From: Candidatus Woesearchaeota archaeon
GTDB taxonomy: Archaea > Nanobdellota > Nanobdellia > Woesearchaeales > GW2011-AR9
Length of the DNA: 64,000 nt
Direction of reading: 5' to 3'
Assembly: GCA_018302605.1 (NCBI GenBank)
Contig: JAGVZN010000025.1
Location: forward strand, 2,693-66,692
Shown here in pieces: positions 18,499-27,354 of this stretch. The position numbers and the translations under genes are program-made. The notes beneath the pieces are model-generated. The model ran no database searches and was not told the origin of the DNA. It saw only the letters and a program-made list of their open reading frames with translations. The number at the start of each line of letters is the position of its first letter. The first letter of the stretch is position 1.

Positions 18499-18719
18499 CC
18501 AAAGCTACGCTTTAATTATGCAACACAGCATAAAGAGTGAGCGACGTTCGGCAATGTTAAAATCTTGGCAAACAACTAACTATCAGATATCATTCGGACA
18601 AGATTTGTTTGGATATAGTAAATGTGTTAATTCATCGAACATTTTTTCACACATTTACTATTAGTAACTGTGAACAAACATTCGAAAATAATTCACAGTT
18701 ACTATATTAATCGCCCTCG

Positions 18720-19328
18720 CTATATCTTGTCTGATCCCGTCCCATCCATATTCATACCCAAATTCACACCCAAATCACGAACTGGACACTGTGAATAAAA
18801 AGAGAAATATAATTGTCCCATGTCTTCTTCAGGTTTGACAAAAGCATCATAACTTGCCTGGTCGTAGACCTGTTCTTCTAATCCCAGCGTACGGACAACA
18901 GTACGAAGCAGAGGCGGTGTTGCCCGCCATTGGCGGGCCTGCCATTCGATGATTACTCCGTTGATAAAATCTCTGCCGATAAAAGAGGAATTACTATCCG
19001 GGAAATCATAATTTGCTACAAAATGATACCAAGCATGTCCCAGCTCGTGGAATAAAGTTAAATCACGATTATATTCTCGTAACTTAGCGTTCAGGAAAAT
19101 CCTATATTTTTTATCTTTTTCTCGGGGGAGATAGAAGCCATCAAGTTTATCCAGAGATTCGGCCACGATTAATGTGATCTGACTTTTCAGAAAAATGGCC
19201 GCCACGGACTCGGTGAATGGATATTCTCGTAGCAAATCCAAACGAAAGTCGTGAGTATCCAGTTCTTGACGAACGAAAGAATCCAATTCTTCCCAGGACA
19301 TCCTTGCCGGAGCCCGAATATTCATCAA
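18720..19328 (-). CDS. ImmA/IrrE-like (M78) zinc metallopeptidase
   Basis: LTLFHELGHAWYH (HExxH) followed by the EWQARQWRATPPLL pattern typical of M78. It overlaps the udg stop by 4 nt. Confidence 0.6.
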   Translation of the reverse strand: MMNIRAPARMSWEELDSFVRQELDTHDFRLDLLREYPFTESVAAIFLKSQITLIVAESLDKLDGFYLPREKDKKYRIFLNAKLREYNRDLTLFHELGHAWYHFVANYDFPDSNSSFIGRDFINGVIIEWQARQWRATPPLLRTVVRTLGLEEQVYDQASYDAFVKPEEDMGQLYFSFYSQCPVRDLGVNLGMNMDGTGSDKI

Positions 19329-19942
19329 AATTCTCCCAGCACTTTTTGTTGACGCCGTAGTTTAGTCTGTTGATTCTGTTGTTCAATGACTTCTTTGATG
19401 ACCTGAAAATCCTGTTTCATCTCTTCAAATAACTGTGGATTCCGCCCAGAATACAGATAATTTGCCGGGTGGATGACTGGCACAACAGTCACTTGGTGGT
19501 TGGCGATTACAAACGGAAAAGTCTTGCCGCGTAAGGATTTGATGCCCGTTTTCCCGAGGATGCGTTCGGTTGCAAAATTGCCGATCGTGACGATGACTGT
19601 CGGTTTCATTAACTCAATCAGTTGGTCTAATCGCTGCCGGCAGTTTTCCACTTCTTCTTTTGCCGGATTTCGATTATTTTCTGGCCGGCAGAGGATCGTA
19701 TTAGTGATGAAAATATCTTCACGTGACAGATTGATCGTCGCCAGAAGCTCGCCGAGGATTTTTCCGGACATCCCGCAAAACGGGATCCCTTTGCTATCTT
19801 CGGAAGCACCCGGCGCTTCACCGATGAACAGGATTTCTGCTTGGGGATTACCCGAACCGAAAACGACTTGTGAACGTGACTGGCAGAGAGCAGGGCAGCG
19901 TTTGCACTGTGCATATTCCTGTTTAAGGGCAGCGAAAGGCAT
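19325..19942 (-). CDS. udg: uracil-DNA glycosylase, family 4/5 (Fe-S type)
   Basis: CKRCPLC-like Cys cluster (CKRCPALC), GEAPGASED and the HPA..L motif. Confidence 0.8.
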   Translation of the reverse strand: MPFAALKQEYAQCKRCPALCQSRSQVVFGSGNPQAEILFIGEAPGASEDSKGIPFCGMSGKILGELLATINLSREDIFITNTILCRPENNRNPAKEEVENCRQRLDQLIELMKPTVIVTIGNFATERILGKTGIKSLRGKTFPFVIANHQVTVVPVIHPANYLYSGRNPQLFEEMKQDFQVIKEVIEQQNQQTKLRRQQKVLGEF

Positions 19943-20093
19943 ATTCTCACACTGAAATGTTCAAGAATTTAAAAGGATGGCGGTTGGATGAAGAGAGGAT
20001 TGGTATTATAACGAACCTAAGTATAGCCGCCCCATTCGCCACATACCTTCTCTCCGCCTGATTTCAGCGAAATTTTCCAGAGATCTGGCGAGA

Positions 20094-20378
20094 TCATACA
20101 TAATCTGATCTCGACAGTAGTTCTTCATTTACATTTCGGGGATCTTTGTCATAGCCTGGCCCTAATGCATTTAGGTATAATCTTTCTGCTAAGCCGCGTG
20201 ATCCTATTTTTTTAGGTGCACCGGTTGCTTCCAACTCTGCACGATCAAGAACATACCGAATTGAGCGTTCAGCTTCCGTGACGTCGTCCGGTGAAATTTC
20301 CACTGTCGGAACTAATGAGTCTACTGTCCTTTGTACAATGTGAAGTGCCTGTTTGTTAATCCACTGATAGTCTGTCAT
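20094..20378 (-). CDS. hypothetical protein (94 aa)
   Basis: ATG at 20378 is preceded by AAGGAG and TATA-like boxes. The track ORF extends to 20444. Confidence 0.45.
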   Translation of the reverse strand: MTDYQWINKQALHIVQRTVDSLVPTVEISPDDVTEAERSIRYVLDRAELEATGAPKKIGSRGLAERLYLNALGPGYDKDPRNVNEELLSRSDYV

Positions 20379-20545
20379 ATTACAAATCTCCTTTTCTTTA
20401 AAAAGTGAGCTTTGGTTATAAATGTTACTCCTGATAATGAACAAATCGCTCGAACCGAGACCAGGAACAAATATTTTTGTCTAAAAATCAGAGATATCTA
20501 TTTCCAACAGCAACCTTTATAAATCTTGGCTTGGTTTGGCCTGTA

Positions 20546-20740
20546 ATGGAAGAGCAGCCGATTGAGCAGCCCAGCAAGATCAAGCGGTTCTTGAAAGAAA
20601 CAATACGCGTATTAAGAATCACCAAAAAACCCGGTCTGACGGAATACAAAGGACTGCTCAAAGTAACAGGTATTGGCATCTCGATCATCGGGCTCATCGG
20701 TTTTATCATCTTCCTGTTAAAATATGCTTTCGTCAAATAA
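20546..20740 (+). CDS. secE: protein translocase subunit SecE/Sec61-gamma
   Basis: Small protein with a single C-terminal TM helix, immediately upstream of spt5 (conserved archaeal gene order). ATG lies 25 nt after CTTTATAAAT. Confidence 0.7.
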   Translation: MEEQPIEQPSKIKRFLKETIRVLRITKKPGLTEYKGLLKVTGIGISIIGLIGFIIFLLKYAFVK

Positions 20741-21223
20741 ATGGTACATATTATGACCGACACACATATCTTAGGCTTGCGTACAGCAGCAAACCGTGAG
20801 GATCAGGTTGTAGACTATCTTATTTCTAAATTGTTTAAGTCTAAAGGAATCCTGGCAGTTATCCGCCCTCATGGAATGCGGGGTTACATCTTTATCGAAG
20901 CAACTTCTCAACCGGATGCCGAAGCAGTATTACAAGGTGTTCCTTATGCGCGTGGTCTTTTACCACGCGAAATTCCTTATCAGGAAATAGAACATATGCT
21001 TGAGCAGGTAAAGATCGAGATGAACATTCGCAAGAGTGATATTGTGGAGATTATCTCCGGGCCGTTCAAGCGGGAAAATGCTAAGGTCATCCGGATCAAC
21101 AAGCAGAAAGAAGAGATTGTTGTTGAACTGCTGGAATCGGCTGTTCCCATTCCCATTACGGTCAAGATGGACGCGGTAAAAGTCATCAGACGGGAAGAAG
21201 GATCGGAAGATACGGATGAGTAA
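20741..21223 (+). CDS. spt5: transcription elongation factor Spt5 (archaeal NusG)
   Basis: NGN domain (GYIFIEA) plus a KOW motif (DIVEIISGPFKRENAKVIRI). Confidence 0.85.
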   Translation: MVHIMTDTHILGLRTAANREDQVVDYLISKLFKSKGILAVIRPHGMRGYIFIEATSQPDAEAVLQGVPYARGLLPREIPYQEIEHMLEQVKIEMNIRKSDIVEIISGPFKRENAKVIRINKQKEEIVVELLESAVPIPITVKMDAVKVIRREEGSEDTDE

Positions 21224-21234
21224 GGTGAAACAAA

Positions 21235-21636
21235 ATGAATGAAACTCAAGAAATGCTATTGGAGCACATGCGTACATTTCCAAACAAATTGCCATCAGCC
21301 CTATTGGAAGCCACAGTAGAAAGTGAAGTACAGCTTAATCTGGGAGATTTCACTCTGAGAAGAATACCTACTGGAGATTTATTTTATGAAAACATGTTGT
21401 ACCCTGGATTTCAGGGAAAAGATGTTGTTTTTCTAAGTACTCCCGATGTTAGATTCGCATATGACCCCGCAACTGGTGAAGAAATTGCAAATACAATGCA
21501 AAGATATGGTGTGAAAGATAGATCATCACTTTTATCTCAATGGAAAGAGTTGTTAAGATATGATAGCTCACGTTTACGAGGAAAAGGACTAGGCGGTTTT
21601 GCAGATCGACAGGATGAATTTATCAAAGAACTGTAA
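21235..21636 (+). CDS. hypothetical protein (133 aa)
   Basis: ORF only. It occupies the position where L11/L1 genes usually follow spt5. Confidence 0.5.
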   Translation: MNETQEMLLEHMRTFPNKLPSALLEATVESEVQLNLGDFTLRRIPTGDLFYENMLYPGFQGKDVVFLSTPDVRFAYDPATGEEIANTMQRYGVKDRSSLLSQWKELLRYDSSRLRGKGLGGFADRQDEFIKEL

Positions 21637-21639
21637 ATT

Positions 21640-22113
21640 CTAAATTCTCTTTTCGAATGAAGCAAAACCAAACCTTCCAATACTTTCTGATGTCATCCTT
21701 AGACTGTAACCATTTCTTCTAAAGAATCTCCCGGGATCATCGTGTATTCCTTCTTTGGAAAAAACCATTTCCGATTCAAATTCAACAGATGAAGCCCCAT
21801 ACCGCTTTTTGAACAATCTCTCAGCAGTTTCAAGAACTCGCGTACCAAGACCTTTTCCCCGGAACTGTTCTGCTTCTTCGGGAGCTATGTATGTCGTTGA
21901 GACTTCTCCGATAGAAAATCCATCGGCGAGAATTTTCTGGGGGAGAACACGAAAATAGATGTAACCAATATCCCTCTCGGCTTCTTCTACTTCAGTGATG
22001 AGCAGCCGGTTTCTTCCCGATTTTTGCTCTCGTAACCGGGCAACCGTTATTTTGCGTTCTAGAACTGCCGGCTCAGTGGAAAGGTTCTCCCATCCGGGAA
22101 GATAAGTTTCCGA
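21640..22113 (-). pseudogene. GNAT N-acetyltransferase domain ORF without a canonical start (frameshifted fusion or pseudogene)
   Basis: My own translation gives 157 codons from stop to stop with the acetyl-CoA motif FRGKGLGTRVLE. There is no ATG/GTG/TTG in the first ~100 codons. It overlaps the end of ORF 22059-22811 in another frame. Confidence 0.5.
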
Positions 22114-22811
22114 TTACTACCTAAAGGGATTCGAGGGAGGACGATGCTCTTCACTGCGTCGTGTTCTACGATTCCCTGTATTTCTCTGATTTCTCGGTCT
22201 ACATTCTGGGGAAAATTCAATAATAGCTTATTGAAATCTTTATTTACATACCATCTCTCCACCCCAGAAGTATTTACCATATACCAACCAATATTGTAGC
22301 GATAAGCACACAGTTCAAGTACTCTATCGACGATCATCACCGCAAAAGGATCATTTTCTTGGAACAGATCATCGAGGTTTGTTATTTCTCCACTTTCTTG
22401 TCTGATTAACCCCCGGATATCAAGATATGCAGAGGGGATATTTTCCCTTGTTCTTCCGGTTTTTTCAACTAAAGAGAGGTGTCCAATTTTTCTACAGGAC
22501 GTCGTTCCAATTTCGGTAAGATGAAAATCCCCACGCAACATCTGTTCATAGGGATCTTTTGGTTTCGTTCTTGTTGGGTGTTCATTAAAAGTGGCAACGA
22601 TAAGCTGATCTCCTCTTCGATAAAAACCACAGATCAATTCATTTTCTGGTTCGTAGAGGGGTATTGATGAGCTAATTGGATAAGGAATAAGAAACACATT
22701 TCCTTCAAAGTGAAGACGCACAGCTTCTTCCAGTGGCAAAGGAGTGTCTATCGTAATCTCTGCGGGTTTTGGTTCCGCAAATCGCGCGGGGAGGGCATAA
22801 TATCGTGGCAT
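22059..22811 (-). CDS. hypothetical protein (250 aa)
   Basis: The start is taken at ATG 22811 (MPRYYALP), 20 nt from a shared TATA box. The track ORF start at 23042 overlaps the divergent gene. Confidence 0.55.
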   Translation of the reverse strand: MPRYYALPARFAEPKPAEITIDTPLPLEEAVRLHFEGNVFLIPYPISSSIPLYEPENELICGFYRRGDQLIVATFNEHPTRTKPKDPYEQMLRGDFHLTEIGTTSCRKIGHLSLVEKTGRTRENIPSAYLDIRGLIRQESGEITNLDDLFQENDPFAVMIVDRVLELCAYRYNIGWYMVNTSGVERWYVNKDFNKLLLNFPQNVDREIREIQGIVEHDAVKSIVLPRIPLGSNRKLIFPDGRTFPLSRQF

Positions 22812-22830
22812 GTACCTAAAAAAGAGCAAA

Positions 22831-22840
22831 TATTTATAAA
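22831..22840. promoter_or_regulatory. shared palindromic TATA box (TATTTATAAA) of a divergent gene pair
   Basis: It is centred in the 55-nt spacer between the ATG at 22811 (-) and the ATG at 22867 (+). Confidence 0.4.
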
Positions 22841-22866
22841 CATTACTGCTAAATAGTAACAGAATC

Positions 22867-23952
22867 ATGATCCACGATCTGCTTTTGGAAAGGGAACAGC
22901 GTCGAACAATCTCTAAGCTCGGTTTGGATTTAATGATTACACCCGAGGGGAATATTAAAGTAGTTGAAATTAACGGGGTAAATTCGGGGAGTTCCGGTGT
23001 CCGAGAATTAACGGGCAGGGATATTGATTTGGAGATGATCACCGATCTCGCTCAGAATGGCCTTCCTCTGTTTCATCTTGGAAAGTTGAAAGATCAGGTT
23101 TTTCCTCATTTTGTCTCTGAATTATCTCATCAGCAGCTCTTGGCACAAAAATGGATGCATCCACGCGCTCCTCAGAAAACCGCGCGTTTTGTTTTACCAA
23201 TCGTCCCGGAGTCGTCAGATATTCTTGAAGGGATAATCTGGAATGCCGATAGTGATTATTATGTTTTTAATGAGCGGAAATACCTTCTGATCAACCCCTT
23301 TGCGGTTGAACATGCGGCGGGTGATAAATCACGAGTTCATGCTTTGTTTCAGGGCGATCTTTTAGCTCCACTACGGCCGAAAATGGCCTTTGTTGTTCGG
23401 GCAAATAAAGAGTGTGATGTTTCAGATTTTAAACCAAATACGACATATTTGGTTCTAAAACCAACAGATGAAATGATCGGCCGTAATGTGATCGTTGTCC
23501 CTACGGAAGATGTTTTCTGTCCTGATGGAAGTTTAAAAGAGCATCCTTTAGCTGCCTATCGGCGTCGTGAGGAAGGTTGGTATCAAGAACCGAATGTCAT
23601 CATGGAAGAATTGATCTCCAGTAAAAAAATCGGCTCTTCACGAACAGGGAAAGAGCATAATGGGTGTATGCGTTACCTGATTTTGGTGGAGAGCGATAAA
23701 GGTGAAATCACGATCAAGCATTACGGGGGATATTGGCGTCTTGCACCGAGTTCAATCCAAGATTCTAACCTCCAAAGACAGCTTGTTGCAAATTATTCTA
23801 ATGGTGCTATTCCAGAACATATTTCTGATGATGATCTTGCGGAGGTAAGGAAATGTGTTGATACTTTTGTTCCGGTTCTCTATCGCCGTATGCTTCGTCT
23901 GCCTATTAATGACCGGCCAGATGATCTTCCGCTAGAAGCGTATTGTTATTGA
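22867..23952 (+). CDS. ATP-grasp-like ligase family protein (tentative)
   Basis: VVEINGVNSG and YLVLKPTDEMIGRNV..GCMRYLILVE patterns resemble ATP-grasp folds. Confidence 0.5.
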   Translation: MIHDLLLEREQRRTISKLGLDLMITPEGNIKVVEINGVNSGSSGVRELTGRDIDLEMITDLAQNGLPLFHLGKLKDQVFPHFVSELSHQQLLAQKWMHPRAPQKTARFVLPIVPESSDILEGIIWNADSDYYVFNERKYLLINPFAVEHAAGDKSRVHALFQGDLLAPLRPKMAFVVRANKECDVSDFKPNTTYLVLKPTDEMIGRNVIVVPTEDVFCPDGSLKEHPLAAYRRREEGWYQEPNVIMEELISSKKIGSSRTGKEHNGCMRYLILVESDKGEITIKHYGGYWRLAPSSIQDSNLQRQLVANYSNGAIPEHISDDDLAEVRKCVDTFVPVLYRRMLRLPINDRPDDLPLEAYCY

Positions 23953-24040
23953 TCAGTATCTGATTTATTGAGGTTTTTTCGATAGGGTCTTTTCTTGCGA
24001 AAGATTTAAGTATTTTGTTCTTCGAAATCTGCTCCATTAT

Positions 24041-24194
24041 ACGGCTGTGGTCAAGTGGTACGCGCTAAGGTTTCTGCGGAAACCCGCTGACCTTGCCCGC
24101 GCAAGATGACACGAGCTTCCCACGAAAATATTTTCGGAATAAGCTTGTAGTCCGGGTTCGATAGATATGTAATCCGAATGTCCCGGCAGCCGTA
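24041..24194 (+). tRNA. tRNA-Gly(CCC) interrupted three times (D-loop, 37/38, T-loop)
   Basis: Hand-folded. Acceptor ACGGCTG/CAGCCGT with C2:G71, G3:C70 and A73. D stem GTCA/TGAC is separated by a 46-nt insert (24061-24106). Anticodon stem CGAGC/GCTTG with loop TTCCCA, a 19-nt intron (24123-24141) and A38. T stem CCGGG/CCCGG has an 18-nt insert (24162-24179). A TATA box lies about 28 nt upstream. Confidence 0.55.
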
Positions 24195-24198
24195 TTTT

Positions 24199-24546
24199 TT
24201 ATATTAACCCTAAGCTGACCTTTAATGCCTCATTTACTTTCTCTACTGTTTCTTCATCTAATCGTCCTATTCTTTTGATGAGCCTTTCTTTATCAACAGC
24301 TCTAATTTGATTTAGAAGTACTTTTGAAGTCTTTTCTATTTCTGCGTTCTCTTTCGTGATCAAAACCTCGATTGGAAATACTTTTTCCGTATGCTGGGAG
24401 GTGATTGGCGCAATGATGGTCATCGGGCTATATTTGTTTCCGATATCGTTTTGGATAATAATTGCAGGTCGCAATTTTTTGATTTCGTGTCCAATAGTAG
24501 GATCAAGACTTACCGTCCAAATATCTCCTCTCTTTATCTCTTTCAT
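24199..24546 (-). CDS. mazF: MazF/PemK-family endoribonuclease toxin
   Basis: IKRGDIWTVSLDPTIGHEIKKLRPAIIIQND and QIRAVDKERL motifs. Confidence 0.85.
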   Translation of the reverse strand: MKEIKRGDIWTVSLDPTIGHEIKKLRPAIIIQNDIGNKYSPMTIIAPITSQHTEKVFPIEVLITKENAEIEKTSKVLLNQIRAVDKERLIKRIGRLDEETVEKVNEALKVSLGLI

Positions 24547-24765
24547 TTAGTCCCAGCTAGGTGAAGCACTTTCCCACTCTTTGTTCAGCTCTTTGTCTTC
24601 TGTTGCTTTTACTTTATATGCGGTAACTAGCTCTCTTACAAGGTTCTTGTGTTTAACTTCAGAGACAACCCTCTTAATAACTTCATCATAGCTCTCATCA
24701 TCAGTTTTAATTTCATCTAGGACATTTTTTGTACTTTTATGAATTTTAACTGTTGTCGTTTCCAT
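24547..24765 (-). CDS. putative antitoxin (COG1753-like, VapB/MazE functional analogue)
   Basis: A small gene abutting mazF (its stop at 24547 is adjacent to the mazF start at 24546). The KIHKSTKNVLDEIK..ESYDEVIKRV pattern is typical of archaeal antitoxins. Confidence 0.6.
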   Translation of the reverse strand: METTTVKIHKSTKNVLDEIKTDDESYDEVIKRVVSEVKHKNLVRELVTAYKVKATEDKELNKEWESASPSWD

Positions 24766-24850
24766 GGTATACCCAAAGTATACTGCTTATATAAATTTTT
24801 GGTTTTAATTCCCATATCTTTATTAATTACACTTTTCTTTCAGATACTAT

Positions 24851-25046
24851 GGGCGCGTAGTTCAGTGGTACTTCGCTGGAATTCCAATGGTTTGCCGGAA
24901 GCACAACAGAATGCACCGTTCGCAACGGTGAGATCTCGGGTTCAATCAGATGTCACGTCATCTGAAAGACGAAGCGACTTCGCAGATTTGCTCAGTCGCG
25001 AATAATTTAGAGAGGTCGTGAATCTTTGAAAATCCCGACGCGTCCA
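24851..25046 (+). tRNA. tRNA-Ala(CGC) with a D-loop insert and an 86-nt T-loop intron
   Basis: Acceptor GGGCGCG/CGCGTCC with the G3:U70 Ala identity pair. D stem GTTC/GAAT is split by about 38 nt (24871-24908). The anticodon arm CACCG-TTCGCAA-CGGTG is intact. T stem TCGGG/CCCGA has the loop TTCAA[24946-25031]AT. Confidence 0.75.
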
Positions 25047-25175
25047 TGTTTTTCACATAGAATAAGCACTTAATAGCAAATCTCGTAAATTATGGAACTT
25101 GTCGAGATCTGCTAGTATAGTAAAGTGCCCATCTCAAAGTTCCATTATTTTTGTACTTTACTATAACAACCAGAT

Positions 25176-26126
25176 TTAGTACGTCACTAACCGCTGTTCG
25201 CCCCTTCTCGCATAAAATGCATGAACACCATCTTTCTTGAAAAGTATTGCTGCCGGTTCTCCTTCTCCATAAGTCGGACACATCCCGACATCGATATTGA
25301 AAATGTGGTCGCCGAAGCAAGTTACCCCTTCCTGCGGCGTGTGTCCGATGACAACATAATCGACGCCGACATTTCGGACGAGCTCCTCCACTTCTTCTCG
25401 GTTAAGGGAATTCAGCTGGCGATCCCAGAAAATACTATGGCCGTCAACCAAACGATGTTTAAGAAATTTCTGACTTGCGCTGCCAAATTGCACACTATCA
25501 GTAGCCACATGCTCCTCAAAATCTTTGACATAGTGTTTTAAAGATTGAGGATTTTCCAAAGAAGTGGGGATCCCGCCATGAACAAAAAGAATGTTTTTAT
25601 CTTGCATCTGGGCAAGATAAAGAGGTTGAAGTTTGCGCATCCAACTGCCAATGTCTCCTCCTCGCGCCATTCTCTGGACGTAATCCTCTAAAGCAGTACG
25701 CGGAGTAGACCCAAATTCTTCGAGAAAAGCCAGCCCGCCGTTCCTTCCGTGGACAGTACATCGGTAGTATGCGGAGAGCAGATCATCATCTCTGGGTTGA
25801 GTTGTGAGCAAATCTCTGGCTCTTCCCAGTCCGGCCAGGGCAAGCAATTCATGATTGCCAAACAATTCATGTACCTGCGTAGGGTTTTCCTCTTGAAGAC
25901 GCATCAGTGTTTCGATGACTGTTAGGTTCTGCCTTCCCCGATCGATATAATCTCCGGTAAAGACCAATTCAACCCCCTGGCGAAGTTCAAAGTATGGAGC
26001 ATTGCTAAAAATAGCATACTTTTCTTCTAATTCTTCCAGCAGACATTGTAAAGCCGGAAAGTGTCCATGGAGGTCTCCGATCCCAATCAGGAGCGACTCT
26101 TCTTGAGGATTTTGATGATTGTTCAT
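25176..26126 (-). CDS. PPP-family Ser/Thr phosphatase / ApaH-like metallophosphoesterase
   Basis: GDLHGH, GDYIDRG and GNHE motifs in canonical order. Confidence 0.8.
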   Translation of the reverse strand: MNNHQNPQEESLLIGIGDLHGHFPALQCLLEELEEKYAIFSNAPYFELRQGVELVFTGDYIDRGRQNLTVIETLMRLQEENPTQVHELFGNHELLALAGLGRARDLLTTQPRDDDLLSAYYRCTVHGRNGGLAFLEEFGSTPRTALEDYVQRMARGGDIGSWMRKLQPLYLAQMQDKNILFVHGGIPTSLENPQSLKHYVKDFEEHVATDSVQFGSASQKFLKHRLVDGHSIFWDRQLNSLNREEVEELVRNVGVDYVVIGHTPQEGVTCFGDHIFNIDVGMCPTYGEGEPAAILFKKDGVHAFYARRGEQRLVTY

Positions 26127-26343
26127 TTGTCTATGCTCTCAACAGTGAGTTATCTGAATTATTGAGAGATTCTTTAAATATGTTTCTGCTCGGTTTTCGG
26201 CACAGTTCATTTTCTGAGTGATGAAAAAATCTAAAATCACTCACTTTTTTTCTGTGTCCTTTTTTTTCGAATGGCAGATACACGGGCTAAGGCCGCATAA
26301 TTCATCAGAATCTCCATGCGCTCCATAGGCAACTATTTTAAAA

Positions 26344-26565
26344 ATGGGAAAATCACTCACTTTTCGAGGTATAATGAAAATAGTTATAGGGGGATTGTTG
26401 TTGCTTAATGCCTATGTTTGGCCATTATGGATGGGCATTGACGGTTGGGTTGCATGGGTTGCTGTTTTAATGGTTCTTGGTGGTGTATTAAAATTAGTCG
26501 CACCAACCTGTCCTCATTGCGCAGCAATGTGCGGTGGAGTGATGGAAGCTAAGAAAAAGAAATAA
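26344..26565 (+). CDS. small membrane protein with C-terminal CPHC..C motif (73 aa)
   Basis: Two TM helices. ORF only. Confidence 0.45.
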   Translation: MGKSLTFRGIMKIVIGGLLLLNAYVWPLWMGIDGWVAWVAVLMVLGGVLKLVAPTCPHCAAMCGGVMEAKKKK

Positions 26566-26598
26566 GTTTTCTTTTTTTAATTTTTTTAAATTTTTATT

Positions 26599-27321
26599 CT
26601 AAAGTGGAATTTCTATTACGATTAGTTTTGCTGCACTAAGAGCAGTAAGTGTCAGAGAAGGAACTTCTTTGATTTCTAAAGAATCTCGAGAACTAATCAT
26701 TTGATCGTTAACTTTTACACTTCCTTCTACACTAAAGACAAACAGTCCTCTCCTCGGGTTTAAATGATATAATATTATCATCCCCAGTTCCAAGTCGCCA
26801 CGGAAAAGACTAGCATCCTGATTAATTGTTAGATTATCTTTGCTTTTTTCTCCACTAACAATCGGGTATAACCTATTTTTAAACAATTCTTGTTCAAACC
26901 GTTTCTGTTGATAGCGTGGCTTTAAGCCGTATTCTCGCGGTTCGATCCAGATCTGAAAGAGATGGACCGGCTGTGTATCACTCGGGTTGATTTCAGAATG
27001 AGCAACCCCCGTGCCGGCAGTCATTGTCTGAACTTCACCAGCAGTTATATCTGTTTTGGATCCAATACTATCTTGATGTTGGACGGTCCCTTCAATGACA
27101 AGCGTAATAATCTCCATATTATCGTGTGGATGGGTAGAGAAGCCTTTTTGAGGAGCGATAGTGTCGTCGTTGAAGACAGCCAAAGTACCAAAACCAGTTC
27201 TTTGAGTATTAACGTAGCGTCCGAAGCTAAAGCTGTGAACTGACTCTAGCCATTTGAATTTGGTGAGACCCCGTTCTGTAGATTTGTGAAGAATGATCGG
27301 CACTTTCACGAATATTCCCAT
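26599..27321 (-). CDS. pirin-family cupin protein
   Basis: WLESVHSFSFG and HPHDNMEIITLVIEG motifs. The start is uncertain (27321 or 27393). Confidence 0.8.
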   Translation of the reverse strand: MGIFVKVPIILHKSTERGLTKFKWLESVHSFSFGRYVNTQRTGFGTLAVFNDDTIAPQKGFSTHPHDNMEIITLVIEGTVQHQDSIGSKTDITAGEVQTMTAGTGVAHSEINPSDTQPVHLFQIWIEPREYGLKPRYQQKRFEQELFKNRLYPIVSGEKSKDNLTINQDASLFRGDLELGMIILYHLNPRRGLFVFSVEGSVKVNDQMISSRDSLEIKEVPSLTLTALSAAKLIVIEIPL

Positions 27322-27354
27322 AATTCTTTTAAAGTAATCGCTTTTTGGCAGTAT

